64,000 bases of DNA from Spirochaetota bacterium. GTDB taxonomy: Bacteria > Spirochaetota > UBA4802 > UBA5550. Location of the stretch: contig CAXXHB010000003.1 of the NCBI GenBank assembly GCA_963664815.2, forward strand, positions 608,001 to 672,000, written 5' to 3'. Positions 49,836 through 59,918 of this stretch are shown piece by piece. The position numbers and the translations under genes are program-made. How positions within the stretch are numbered: position 1 is the stretch's first letter; each line of letters begins with the position of its first letter. The notes beneath the pieces are model-generated. The model was not told where the DNA came from, searched no databases, and saw only the letters and a program-made list of their open reading frames with translations.

Positions 49836-51203
49836 TCAATCCACCTTTGGCAGAGTGTTGAAACCTCTCTGCAGATCAGCATCTGTTGGAATGTAATCTG
49901 TCATTGTCCCCTCGTTATACTGCATGTAGGCATTCATATCAAAATAACCTGTGCCGGTAAGGCCAAACAATATGGTTTTTTTCTCACCCGTCTCTTTACA
50001 TCTGAGTGCCTCCTGAATCGCTCCAAAGATAGCATGAGAAGATTCAGGAGCAGGGAGTATCTGTTCCAGTTTGCAGAACATGGTTGCTGCGTCGAATACC
50101 CTGTTTTGTTCAGCAGAGATAGCTTCCATATAACCATCATGATAAAGCTTCGAAAGAATTGTTGACATACCGTGGTAACGCAGTCCCCCTGCATGGTTCG
50201 GCGAAGGGATGAAATCACTTCCAAGCGTATACATCTTTGCAAGTGGTGTCATTTTTCCTGTATCGCAGAAGTCATAGGCGTATTTCCCCCGGGTGAATGA
50301 GGGGCATGAAGCCGGTTCAACCGCAATAAATCGGGGATTGGCTTTCCCGGTAAGTTTGTCCTGCATGAATGCAGACATCAGTCCGCCGAGGTTTGATCCG
50401 CCACCTGCGCATCCGATAACGACGTCCGGGTACTCTCCGAGTTTCTCCATGGCAAGCTTGCTTTCAAGGCCGATTATTGACTGATGCAGTAGCACCTGAT
50501 TCAGAACAGATCCGAGGGCATAGCGGCACTTATCGTCATGCATTGACAGCTCAATAGCTTCAGAAATGGCACATCCTAAACTGCCGCCTGTATCAGGATT
50601 TTTCGCCAGAATGGAACGACCTACTTCTGTAGTATCTGAAGGGCTTGGGATTATTTTTGCTCCATAAGTTTCCATGACAGCTTTGCGGAATGGTTTCTGC
50701 TGGAATGATACCTTTACCATAAATACTGTAAGACCAAGGCCGAAATGTGCACAGGCCATTGAAAGGGCTGTGCCCCACTGTCCTGCTCCTGTTTCAGTTG
50801 CCAGTGATGTGAGTCCCTGTGCTTTTGCGTAATATGCCATTGCAGCGGCCGCATTCAGTTTATGGCTGCCAGAAGTATTATTACCCTCAAATTTAAAATA
50901 GATTTTTGCAGGGGTATCCAGCGCTTTTTCAAGATGATAGGCGCGGATTAAAGGAGATGGACGAAAAGTTTTATAATAGTCTATTACTTCTCCAGGTATA
51001 TCGATATACCTCGTTGTTGTATCCATCTCCTGTTTGCACAATTCTTCACAGAATACCGGATAAAGGTCCTCTGTTTTCAGTGGTTGAAGTGTTCCCGGAT
51101 TCAGCAGCGGGTCATGTTGCTGTTTCATATCTGCTCTGATGTTGTACCATTGTTTTGGCATTTCATCTTCTGTGAGATATGTTTTGTATGGTATTTTTGC
51201 CAT
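49836..51203 (-). CDS. trpB2: TrpB2-type tryptophan synthase beta-like PLP enzyme
   Basis: P.QWYNI N-terminus, SGSHKLN PLP Lys, TETGAGQWG, GSVLNQV, GCAGGGSN, HAGGLRYHG, PAPESSH; no adjacent trpA. Confidence 0.95.
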   Translation of the reverse strand: MAKIPYKTYLTEDEMPKQWYNIRADMKQQHDPLLNPGTLQPLKTEDLYPVFCEELCKQEMDTTTRYIDIPGEVIDYYKTFRPSPLIRAYHLEKALDTPAKIYFKFEGNNTSGSHKLNAAAAMAYYAKAQGLTSLATETGAGQWGTALSMACAHFGLGLTVFMVKVSFQQKPFRKAVMETYGAKIIPSPSDTTEVGRSILAKNPDTGGSLGCAISEAIELSMHDDKCRYALGSVLNQVLLHQSIIGLESKLAMEKLGEYPDVVIGCAGGGSNLGGLMSAFMQDKLTGKANPRFIAVEPASCPSFTRGKYAYDFCDTGKMTPLAKMYTLGSDFIPSPNHAGGLRYHGMSTILSKLYHDGYMEAISAEQNRVFDAATMFCKLEQILPAPESSHAIFGAIQEALRCKETGEKKTILFGLTGTGYFDMNAYMQYNEGTMTDYIPTDADLQRGFNTLPKVD

Positions 51204-51278
51204 TTTTTACCTCTTTGATTTCGTTGATAGTTATTAATATAGAAAAATAGCTCAGTAAAGAAGATGGATTTTCTATAT

Positions 51279-51310
51279 ATAGAAACGTTTCTATTTGAAG
51301 AAACGTTTCT
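51279..51310. promoter_or_regulatory. Two tandem palindromic operator-like sites (AGAAACGTTTCT) in the trpB2 promoter region
   Basis: ATAGAAACGTTTCTAT (51279-51294) and AGAAACGTTTCT (51299-51310), abutting a minus-strand TTGACA (51315-51310). Confidence 0.65.
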
Positions 51311-51501
51311 GTCAATATAATTTTACAAATAAGGGGATGTGACAGAAAGATTAATAAAGGATACGCCTCTTTAATGTTTTCTACCGCTCAAATTGTTTTT
51401 ATAAGAGGGATTTTTTAAAAAAGAACAATTATAGTTCAGATTTTTTTGATCCTGCGTTGTTAATAGTTATATTGAGTACAGATCAGGATTTAATTTATAA
51501 G

Positions 51502-51817
51502 ATGAATTTGGAGATAAAACATATCATTGAGGGGGAGCAGAAACCTGTTCTTTTGACAGATGATTCAGGAAATGCTGCAAGAGAAAAAGTGGAAGTGTAT
51601 TGTGCAGCCATTAATGGAATTACAGGATCGGAGTTTAAATATTTAGCTGTTAAATGTAACTATATGACAGAATTGAACTTCAGTGATATAAAGGGGGAAA
51701 TGGATAGGGAGTTTAAGGAGATGAGAATGAAACGGGAACACCTCCTTAATGAAAAGGGTCTCATGAATAAAAATAACCGGGGGGATAGTAGCAGTAATAC
51801 TTGAAGACCGGAAATAG
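51502..51817 (+). pseudogene. Probable degenerate V/A-type ATPase peripheral-stalk subunit (G/H-like), frameshifted near the 3' end
   Basis: Helical and charged MNLEIKHIIEGEQK...; removing one A from the A5 run near 51770 gives ...MNKITGGIVAVILEDRK* ending just before the subunit C gene. Confidence 0.4.
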
Positions 51818-51826
51818 GGTGCAGAT

Positions 51827-52813
51827 ATGAATTACTATGCTGACAGCAATTATATTCATGCGAAGATCTACGCGCTGCACAGTCTGCTTCTTGACAGAAA
51901 GGATTATTATGAAATGTTAAAGAGTGGAAATTTTAATTCTGTTGCAGCCGGTCTAAAGTCCGTAAATATTAAATATGACTACATCGTAATCAAAGAGAGC
52001 CTGTTTGAAAGCCAGATAAAACTTGTAATATCTCTGGCGGAAGCATCGGCTTCTTACAGTAAACTTTTTCTATATTTTCTTCGATACTTTGAACTGCTCA
52101 ATCTTAAACTACTTTATGCAAAGGCTTTCAGACGAAGTCCTGTTTCATTTATCTGGTATAATACAGGTGATTTCGCGGTGCTTGACAGGGAGATGATCTC
52201 TGAAAATACAGATGTCGCTTCATTGCTTAAATACACACAGAACACATGGATGAGGGGAATACTGACATCAAAAGAGGCAGTGATGTACGAAGGCGTTGAA
52301 TTTTCTATAGACAGGGCGGTTTTCCGTCTTGCCGCAGAGTTTTCAAATTCAATGAGTTTTTTACGAGGAACAGATGCAGGGAGGATTATCTCGGGGCTTG
52401 CTGCATATTTCCGCCTTTCATGGAGCTGGAGGTTGCAGCAGGAGTACTCATGGGATGAAACTGGCATCAGAAAGTATATTGACTCGAACATTCCGCTGCC
52501 ACATTCTGGAAGAATTACCTGGTCGTCTGTTGAGGAGTGGGAGAGGTTGTTAATGCGGCAGGTCAGGAATAATTATGCCGATCTCCTTACTGGTGGTGGC
52601 GCCGGGCTGGTCAGCGCGGAAAAGATAATGGAAAGGACACTGCTTCGTGATTTCAGCAGAACATTCCGTGAAAATTTTCATTCGGTGAATACAGTAGTCT
52701 GTTATCTGGCTCTGCTTTACAGGCAGATAAGAAATCTCTTTGCCGTTGCAGACGGATTGAGATTGGAGCTTGATCCTGATGTAATAATGGAAAACATCAT
52801 TTGCGAGGGATGA
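51827..52813 (+). CDS. V/A-type ATPase subunit C/d (AC39 family)
   Basis: NYIHAKIYALHSLLL...Y..ML, RYFELLNLK, YL.L...QIRNL..VADGL. Confidence 0.8.
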   Translation: MNYYADSNYIHAKIYALHSLLLDRKDYYEMLKSGNFNSVAAGLKSVNIKYDYIVIKESLFESQIKLVISLAEASASYSKLFLYFLRYFELLNLKLLYAKAFRRSPVSFIWYNTGDFAVLDREMISENTDVASLLKYTQNTWMRGILTSKEAVMYEGVEFSIDRAVFRLAAEFSNSMSFLRGTDAGRIISGLAAYFRLSWSWRLQQEYSWDETGIRKYIDSNIPLPHSGRITWSSVEEWERLLMRQVRNNYADLLTGGGAGLVSAEKIMERTLLRDFSRTFRENFHSVNTVVCYLALLYRQIRNLFAVADGLRLELDPDVIMENIICEG

Positions 52814-52958
52814 TGTTTTCCGTAGTAGGTATAATGAGGTTTAACATATAAACCCGGGGAGTAGGAATTCGGTGAAATTGTTTTCATGCAGGCTTAATAT
52901 GGCTGTTAACTGCTTTGGGCCGGACTTCCTGCAATTAAACTGTTTTATGAGAAATCGG

Positions 52959-54245
52959 CTATAATCCGGAAGGATAGGTTTCCGGTTTCTTCCCGGCATC
53001 TAAAGCAGAATTTTCTGCCTTAATCAGCAGTATCCATCCTGTAGCAAAAAGGAGAATTATACATAGAATTCCGTATCTTGAACTTCCCGAAATACTTATC
53101 GCAATACCCATCATAAGCGGGCCCATTATTGTAGCAAATTTACCAAAGATATTATAGAGTCCGAAAAATTCCGCGGATCTCTCCGGTGGTATTATTTTGC
53201 CGAAATAGGAACGGCTGATAGCCTGAATACCCCCCATTGATGTTGCAACCATAAAGGAGAGCAGGTAGAAAACTATTTTTTTCCAGTTGTCAGATTCAAT
53301 AGCTGGCAGGAAAAATGAAATGACAGTTATAAGAACGTAAATTAAAATTCCAGTCTGAATCATTTTCCCTGCACTGAATATTTCCGATAGTTTACCATAA
53401 ATAAGTGAAAACGGGAAAGCAAGGATCTGGATCATCAGAATCGCCCCGATCATTAATGCAGTACTGAGTCCGGAGTCTATACCATATGCAACGGCCATAC
53501 TTATTATTGTATCAACTCCATCTATGTAGAAAAAGTATGCAAGCAGAAAGAGATAGATCTGTCTGAATTTCCCGATATCTTTCAAGCCTGAAATCATTCT
53601 CTTGAAGCTCTCTCTCACCGGAGATATTACAGCAGGAATGAAAAATATTTGTTTAACATTTTTAATCATGGGAATTGAAAATAACAACCACCAGAGTGCG
53701 GTTATAACAAATCCGATTTTATAATACCCGTACTGATCCTGCACATCCTTCGCAGAAAGAATCATAAAAATAATTATTCCAAACGGAATCACGCTGCCGA
53801 TATAACCCCAGGCATAACCACGGGAAGATACCTTATCCATTCTTTCTTCATCTGCCACATCGACGAGAAAGGCATCGTAGAATACAAGAGTACCAGACCA
53901 GGCTATCTTTGCCGTTATAAAAATAATAAGACACGACATCCACTCTCCATGGGCCACAGTTGCAAGCAGAAGTGTTGAAACTATTCCGGTAATAAAAAAT
54001 GGGAGAAACATTCTCATCTTGTTTCCTTCATAATCGGCGAAGGTACCCATGATGGGTGAAACAAGCGCTATTATAAGTGCGGCGGCTGAATTGGCATAAC
54101 CCCAGAGTGCGGTTGATTCCGGGCCTGTCAGACCTGCTGCGGCATATTCCTTGAAAAAAACGGGCATTAGCATTGTGACAATTATCAGCACAAATGCCGA
54201 GTTTGCTACATCATATAGAATCCAGCTGAATTCATTTTTTTTCAT
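52959..54245 (-). CDS. MFS transporter, UMF1/Atg22-like
   Basis: SWILYDVANSAF, FYDAFL.DV, SSRGYAWGYIG, FFYIDGV.TI, QAISRS, EFFGLY. Confidence 0.93.
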   Translation of the reverse strand: MKKNEFSWILYDVANSAFVLIIVTMLMPVFFKEYAAAGLTGPESTALWGYANSAAALIIALVSPIMGTFADYEGNKMRMFLPFFITGIVSTLLLATVAHGEWMSCLIIFITAKIAWSGTLVFYDAFLVDVADEERMDKVSSRGYAWGYIGSVIPFGIIIFMILSAKDVQDQYGYYKIGFVITALWWLLFSIPMIKNVKQIFFIPAVISPVRESFKRMISGLKDIGKFRQIYLFLLAYFFYIDGVDTIISMAVAYGIDSGLSTALMIGAILMIQILAFPFSLIYGKLSEIFSAGKMIQTGILIYVLITVISFFLPAIESDNWKKIVFYLLSFMVATSMGGIQAISRSYFGKIIPPERSAEFFGLYNIFGKFATIMGPLMMGIAISISGSSRYGILCIILLFATGWILLIKAENSALDAGKKPETYPSGL

Positions 54246-54628
54246 TTATCATTTCCTGTTTTAAAATGATTATAACATATTAACCTTATTATAGTCAATG
54301 TTCAAGAAATATACTTTATAATTTATAGTAATAAAAAACAAGGATTTTAAAATTCCATGCCTATATCGCTAGGAAATAATACGATTGTAATTTGAAAAAA
54401 AATCTGAAACAGAATAATAATTTGGATTCAGGACTGTTATGTCTTTAAAATATTCAGATCAGCAGTAGTGAAGTTTGACTTTTATGTAAATAGTTTGTAA
54501 TATATTTTGAGGATATATTATTATTTATCTGGTAGTAATTTAATGGTTTTTGCTTAATTATTATCCGATGCCAAGTATAATGTGTGTTACAATATGTTTT
54601 ATACATATAAATCTGAATTCAGGAATAT

Positions 54629-56983
54629 ATGAATTTGAATGATATAGAAAAGATCAACAAAATTGAGATTTCTCTGGAAGAAAAAATTAAAACTCTGGAA
54701 GATGAAGTAACGCGTCTTAAAGGATTTGAAAATATAGTCAGAGGATTTACGCAACATGAAAATATATGTCTTGCATTGCTACAGAAAGAACCCCCGCTGG
54801 CAGTTTTTGTAAATCGCGGGTTTGAATTACTTACAGGTTATACAAAGGATGAAATTTATAAATTCACACATTCTGATCTGGAAAATTTAATACATCCTGA
54901 CATGAGGAACAGATTCTTTCACGGGTATTACCAGTGTCTTAAAGGTGATCCATTGACCGGCAGTTGTGAATTTATTATGTTGAGAAAAAACGGTGAACAT
55001 CTTTCAGTAGAATCTTTTTTATATTTAATTGATTATGACGGAGAACCTTCAATCGCAGTGACATTTGTTGACAGAACTAAGATGAGAGAAATTGAGAGAG
55101 CTCTCAGGGATAACAGGGAAAACTACAGATTATTGTTCAACAAAAGTCCGGTCAGTATTTTTTATTATGATAAAGATTTACATATAAATCATTTTAATGA
55201 CAAGTTTGTTGATCTGCTTCAGTCAAAAAGAGAGAGCTTGTCAGGTCTTGATCTTCGAACCATAAATGATAAATCTATAATTCCATGTCTCGAGTCAGCA
55301 ATAAAAGGAAATAACGGTTATTATAAAGGTCATTACAGGGTTACAACGAGCAATGCTGAGATAGTTATTTCCATGAAAACTGAGCCACTTTACAATGATT
55401 CCGGAGAGGTTTCGGGTGGAGTCGGCATCATTGAAGATATAAAAAAAACAGAAGAGATTGAAGAGGCATTGCAGAAAAGTGAAGAAAATTTTAAGGACAT
55501 GATCGATCTCTCTCCGCTGCCTATTGCCGTAGTGGATGTTAATGACAACATTGTTTATGTTAACAGGGAAGGCCTGGAACTATTTGCATATTCACACAAA
55601 GATATAAAGGATCTTGAATCGTGGTGGAACAAATCTTATCCTGATCCATTATACAGAAAATCTGTAATTGATGACTGGTATTCAGGCTATAAAAATGCCC
55701 AGAAGAAAAAGGAGATATTCGGGGCCAGAGAGTACAAGGTAACATGCGGTGATGGAATAATTCGTGATATAGAATTCCATGTTGTCCCTGTGGGAGATCT
55801 GAGTTTCATTATAATGAACGATATGACGAGGCACAGAAAAGCAGAAGCGGAACTTTTAAGAACCAGAAAAATCGAATCTGTGGGAATTCTTGCCGGCGGT
55901 ATTGCTCACGATTTTAATAATATACTTACTGGTATCATAGGAAATCTTAATATTGCAAAGATGGATATTACGAAGGAACATAAATCATATGTTATTCTTG
56001 ACAGTATTGAAAAGGCTGCATGGAGGGCCCGTGATCTGACACAACAACTGCTTACTTTTTCAAGAGGGGGGGCTCCGATAAAAAAGGTTACATCAATAAA
56101 ACAGCTTCTGGCTGATTCTGCATCATTTGTACTCACGGGTACAGAAATTAAACTGGAACTTGATATTGCCGATGACCTGTTGGATGCGGATATTGATGAG
56201 GGTCAGATAAGTCAGGTAGTGCATAATCTGGTTATTAATGCTAGAGAATCGATAACAGGTAGGGGTGTGATAAAAATCAGGGCGGAAAACTTTGTGAATG
56301 AAGGGAACGAATATCTTGATTATGAAGGTAATTATATTTTAATACATATTGAAGACTCGGGAGTCGGGATTAATCCATCTGTAATTCCGAATATTTTTGA
56401 TCCCTTTTTTACGACTAAAGATTCCGGCACCGGTCTTGGACTTTCAGTTTCATATTCGATTGTGAAAAAGCATGGAGGTAATATTAAAGTCTTTTCAGTA
56501 GAAGGAGAGGGAACAACTTTTGAAGTTTTTCTCCCCGCATCTGATGAAAAGTGTATTCCCTCCATCAATCAGGATATTAAGATGCATAATGCCAGCGGCA
56601 GGATTCTTGTTATGGATGATGAGGCGCTTGTTCTTGATGTGGCAAAAAAACTTATAATACGGATGGGATATGATGTTGAAGTTGTAAACAGTGGAGAGGA
56701 AACATTTACTCTTTATAAAAAAGCAAAGGAGAGTGGAAATCCTTTTGACTGCGTAATAATGGACCTTACGATTCCCGGCGGGATGGGGGGAAAAGATGTT
56801 CTCATTTTACTTAAAAAATATGATCCTGATGTTAAAGCAATTGTCTCAAGCGGTTATTCAAATGATCCTGTAATGTCGGAATATGAAGAATATGGTTTTG
56901 CCGGGGTATCAGTAAAACCTTATTCTTTCGAGGATCTCAGAAAAGAGATAGAAAGAGTTGTGTCAAGAAAATGTCTGGATTAA
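54629..56983 (+). CDS. Multi-PAS hybrid histidine kinase with C-terminal REC
   Basis: About three PAS domains; LAGGIAHDFNNIL; FDPFFTTK..GTGLGL; MDLTIPGG. Confidence 0.94.
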   Translation: MNLNDIEKINKIEISLEEKIKTLEDEVTRLKGFENIVRGFTQHENICLALLQKEPPLAVFVNRGFELLTGYTKDEIYKFTHSDLENLIHPDMRNRFFHGYYQCLKGDPLTGSCEFIMLRKNGEHLSVESFLYLIDYDGEPSIAVTFVDRTKMREIERALRDNRENYRLLFNKSPVSIFYYDKDLHINHFNDKFVDLLQSKRESLSGLDLRTINDKSIIPCLESAIKGNNGYYKGHYRVTTSNAEIVISMKTEPLYNDSGEVSGGVGIIEDIKKTEEIEEALQKSEENFKDMIDLSPLPIAVVDVNDNIVYVNREGLELFAYSHKDIKDLESWWNKSYPDPLYRKSVIDDWYSGYKNAQKKKEIFGAREYKVTCGDGIIRDIEFHVVPVGDLSFIIMNDMTRHRKAEAELLRTRKIESVGILAGGIAHDFNNILTGIIGNLNIAKMDITKEHKSYVILDSIEKAAWRARDLTQQLLTFSRGGAPIKKVTSIKQLLADSASFVLTGTEIKLELDIADDLLDADIDEGQISQVVHNLVINARESITGRGVIKIRAENFVNEGNEYLDYEGNYILIHIEDSGVGINPSVIPNIFDPFFTTKDSGTGLGLSVSYSIVKKHGGNIKVFSVEGEGTTFEVFLPASDEKCIPSINQDIKMHNASGRILVMDDEALVLDVAKKLIIRMGYDVEVVNSGEETFTLYKKAKESGNPFDCVIMDLTIPGGMGGKDVLILLKKYDPDVKAIVSSGYSNDPVMSEYEEYGFAGVSVKPYSFEDLRKEIERVVSRKCLD

Positions 56984-57783
56984 ATCTTAATTATTATCTC
57001 TTCGGTTTTAACAGTTTTTCCGCTTTTATATACCGCATCCCTGACGAGTGATGTGACGCCGCTGCAGCATGGAACCTCCATCCGGGTTATTGTGATTGAA
57101 TTTATGTCCTGTTCTGATATTATCACTTCAAGCTTTTCTCTATACTCGTCAATGTATGGATCGAGTTTGGGACAGAATGTAACCACAACATTTCCGTCAA
57201 GAAACTTTTTATGGAAATTTCCGCATGCATATGGTACACAGTCGGCAGAAACCAGAAGGTCAATCTTTCCGGAGGTAAAGACCCTGGAGTATGGGCTTAA
57301 AAGTTTAAGCTTCACCGGCCATTGTGACAGTTCGGAGAAGTCTTCCATGGATTCAGGCGAATTTGTATGAATTTTATTCAATAAACGATTTGCACTACCA
57401 GGGCATGAATGATTTGTATCAGATGTTTCCGATTCAATTACTTTTATACCCTTTTCTTCAAGTATTTTAAGAGCTTCGCTGTAATGTACTGTTTCATTAT
57501 GGTCTTTCAGGTGTTTGAGGTGAGCTGAAATTACAACAGGGCCCTGACTGATAATGTTTTCCATTACAGATGCTTCATTGTACGCGGCAGCCTCTCTCTC
57601 TTCGATTGTTATGGCTTCTTCAGGGCATGTACCGATACATGCTCCGAGTCCATCACACGAAAGGTCACTGATCAATCTTGCTTTTCCATTAATTATCTGG
57701 ATTGCTCCTTCAGGACAGTCAGGTACACACAGACCGCATCCTGAACACTTGTTTTCATTTATATGGATTATCTGACGCTTCAT
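56980..57783 (-). CDS. 4Fe-4S dicluster protein (Hcp-associated Fe-S oxidoreductase type)
   Basis: CSGCGLCVPDCP, CDGLGACIGTCP, CPG, QWPVKL.L, ADCV, CPKLD, MEVPCC. Confidence 0.88.
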   Translation of the reverse strand: MKRQIIHINENKCSGCGLCVPDCPEGAIQIINGKARLISDLSCDGLGACIGTCPEEAITIEEREAAAYNEASVMENIISQGPVVISAHLKHLKDHNETVHYSEALKILEEKGIKVIESETSDTNHSCPGSANRLLNKIHTNSPESMEDFSELSQWPVKLKLLSPYSRVFTSGKIDLLVSADCVPYACGNFHKKFLDGNVVVTFCPKLDPYIDEYREKLEVIISEQDINSITITRMEVPCCSGVTSLVRDAVYKSGKTVKTEEIIIKI

Positions 57784-57947
57784 ATTTTAACCTCTTTTAT
57801 TTTAAAAAGGATTTAATTGCTGTTGACTCCTTCATACATCCTGTATTTATAAAAAAGTGTTTTGTGTCAGTTTATATTGATTAAGTAATATTAATCCGGC
57901 TGTATTTAAATTGACAGTATATAATAATCATATTATCTATTAATTAA

Positions 57948-57965
57948 AATTGACCTGAATCAATT
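57948..57965. promoter_or_regulatory. FNR/DNR/HcpR-type binding site
   Basis: AATTGACCTGAATCAATT (TTGAC-N4-ATCAA) just upstream of the Crp/Fnr gene. Confidence 0.65.
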
Positions 57966-57978
57966 AATAGAGAAAAAA

Positions 57979-58671
57979 ATGGAAAAATCGGAAGAAACAT
58001 TATCTAAAAGCCTTGTATTCGGCGGACTTTCACAGCAAATAATTTCACTTATCGTCGAGAAAGGCCGGACTGAATTTTTTAACCGGGACGAACTTATTTT
58101 TTTTGAAGGCGACAAAGGGGATAAATTTTTTTTTCTTATTGAGGGTCTGGTGAAAATCTATAAATCCACGGACAGCGACAGAGAAATTGTACTGAGACAT
58201 ATACGCCCCGGTGAAATGTTTGGTGAGGTTATTCTTTTTGAATCTGAAAATTATCCTGTGAGTGCAGCAGCGCTGAGAGAAAGTATTCTTTTTTCAATAA
58301 ACCGTGTTAACTTTATGGAACTCTTCAGAGAAGATTCCTTTCATAGATATTTTACAGGCAACATTTTCCGTAAGCTGAGATACCTTGCTGACAGGGTTGC
58401 TTTTCTCAATGCTTATGATGTTGAGGAGAGATTTTTTCTTTTCATTGAAGAGCATTATGGGATTAAACCTGTATTACAGATAGATCTTACAAAGGCTGAA
58501 CTTGCTGATGGAATAGGAACAATACCGGAAACAATGTCAAGACTTATTGCTCGTTTGAAGCTTAATGATCTTGTGATATGGAATAAAAATGAAATGAAGC
58601 TGAATGTTGATTATGCAAAGTCTGTTATTGAAAAAATAAAATGGGGTGATTCAGGTGAAAAAAGAAATTGA
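57979..58671 (+). CDS. Crp/Fnr family transcriptional regulator (HcpR/DNR-like)
   Basis: cNMP-type domain (IFFEGD...G.VKIYK...PGEMFGE...YP.SA); HTH ELA..IGTIPETMSR; no N-terminal FNR Cys cluster. Confidence 0.92.
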   Translation: MEKSEETLSKSLVFGGLSQQIISLIVEKGRTEFFNRDELIFFEGDKGDKFFFLIEGLVKIYKSTDSDREIVLRHIRPGEMFGEVILFESENYPVSAAALRESILFSINRVNFMELFREDSFHRYFTGNIFRKLRYLADRVAFLNAYDVEERFFLFIEEHYGIKPVLQIDLTKAELADGIGTIPETMSRLIARLKLNDLVIWNKNEMKLNVDYAKSVIEKIKWGDSGEKRN

Positions 58672-59917
58672 GCATATAGTGATAATTGGAGCAGGCTTTT
58701 CCGGTTTGTTTGCTGTTAAAAAATTTTTCAGAAAACCTGTAATGGTTACTCTTGTTGACAGGAACAACTACCATACATTCAATCCACTACTTTATCAGGT
58801 TGGAGCTGCTGAAATTGAACCTGATCAGATCGCATATCCGGTAAGAACTGTAATTAGAAAAAAGGGGAATGTGGATTTCCTGATGTCAGAGGTTGTAGAA
58901 ATAAAATTCAGGGAAAAGACTGTAATCACAGAAAGATGTGAGCTTAAATATGATTATCTTATCATAGCCCCGGGAAGTAAGACTAATTATTTCGGAATTG
59001 AAGGTGCTGAAACAAACTCAATTCCGCTTAAAACGCTTTATGATGCCATATTTCTGAGAAATCATGTACTCTCACTATTTGAAAAAGCTGTTAAATGCAG
59101 CGACAAAGATGAGAGAAAAAAATGTCTTACTTTTGTCATTGCAGGGGGGGGGCCTACCGGTGTTGAATTTGCCGGAGCATTCGCAGAACTTGTTAAAGGT
59201 CCTCTGAAAAAAGATTTTTCAGAAATAAAACCGTCTGAGATTGATATAAAACTGATTGATGCGGGGAATAGGATACTCCCGGCTTATAGTGAAAAATCAG
59301 GGGAATATGCAATGCGCAAGCTGGAGAAGAAAGGCGTAAAGATTATGCTGAACTCCGAAGTGGTAAAAATAGATAAAGGGTCGATCCGGTTTAAAAACGG
59401 AGAAAAAGTTAAATCGCATACAATACTCTGGGCAGCGGGTGTGTGCGGCGGTGTTGATTTTAAAGCAGATATTAAGATTCCGGTCGGAAAAGATTCCCGC
59501 GTTATTGTTGATTCAACGTTAAGAATACCTGGATTTGATGAAGTATTCTTCTGTGGTGATATTGCACGTTTTGAAGATAAAGGCATTCTGCTGCCGATGA
59601 ATGCTCCGGTAGCAATACAACAGGGTGAATGTGCAGCATTTAATATTTTAAAGATGACTGCAGGACGTGAAGTGGTTCCTTTCAGATACAGTGACCGTGG
59701 ATCAATGGTAACACTCGGGAGAAATTCAGCAATAACAAAAATCGGAGGCCTGGAGGTACGGGGATTTACGGCATGGATATTATGGTTGTTTATCCATATA
59801 TTTTATCTGATAGGCTTCAGAAATAAAATTTTTGTGCTTATAAGCTGGTTCGGGGATTATATCCTTTTTGAAAGATCAGGAAGGATGATAATCCCTTTAA
59901 GTGAAGATAAAAAATAA
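58646..59917 (+). CDS. ndh: Type II NADH dehydrogenase
   Basis: IIGAGFSG, DRNNYHTFNPLLYQV, GGGPTGVE.AG, W.AGV, GD, A..A.QQG, W..WL.IH. Confidence 0.92.
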   Translation: MIQVKKEIEHIVIIGAGFSGLFAVKKFFRKPVMVTLVDRNNYHTFNPLLYQVGAAEIEPDQIAYPVRTVIRKKGNVDFLMSEVVEIKFREKTVITERCELKYDYLIIAPGSKTNYFGIEGAETNSIPLKTLYDAIFLRNHVLSLFEKAVKCSDKDERKKCLTFVIAGGGPTGVEFAGAFAELVKGPLKKDFSEIKPSEIDIKLIDAGNRILPAYSEKSGEYAMRKLEKKGVKIMLNSEVVKIDKGSIRFKNGEKVKSHTILWAAGVCGGVDFKADIKIPVGKDSRVIVDSTLRIPGFDEVFFCGDIARFEDKGILLPMNAPVAIQQGECAAFNILKMTAGREVVPFRYSDRGSMVTLGRNSAITKIGGLEVRGFTAWILWLFIHIFYLIGFRNKIFVLISWFGDYILFERSGRMIIPLSEDKK

Positions 59918-59918
59918 C

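Noticed and set aside
52855-52900. TAGGAATTCGGTGAAATT resembling the cobalamin riboswitch core
   Set aside because: It lacks the following TCC pairing strand and B12 box, and no same-strand gene lies downstream.
59144-59152. G9 run in ndh (and G8 at 1824-1831 in the M6 gene) as phase-variation tracts
   Set aside because: Both are in frame and encode Gly-rich motifs; there is no evidence of switching from a single sequence.
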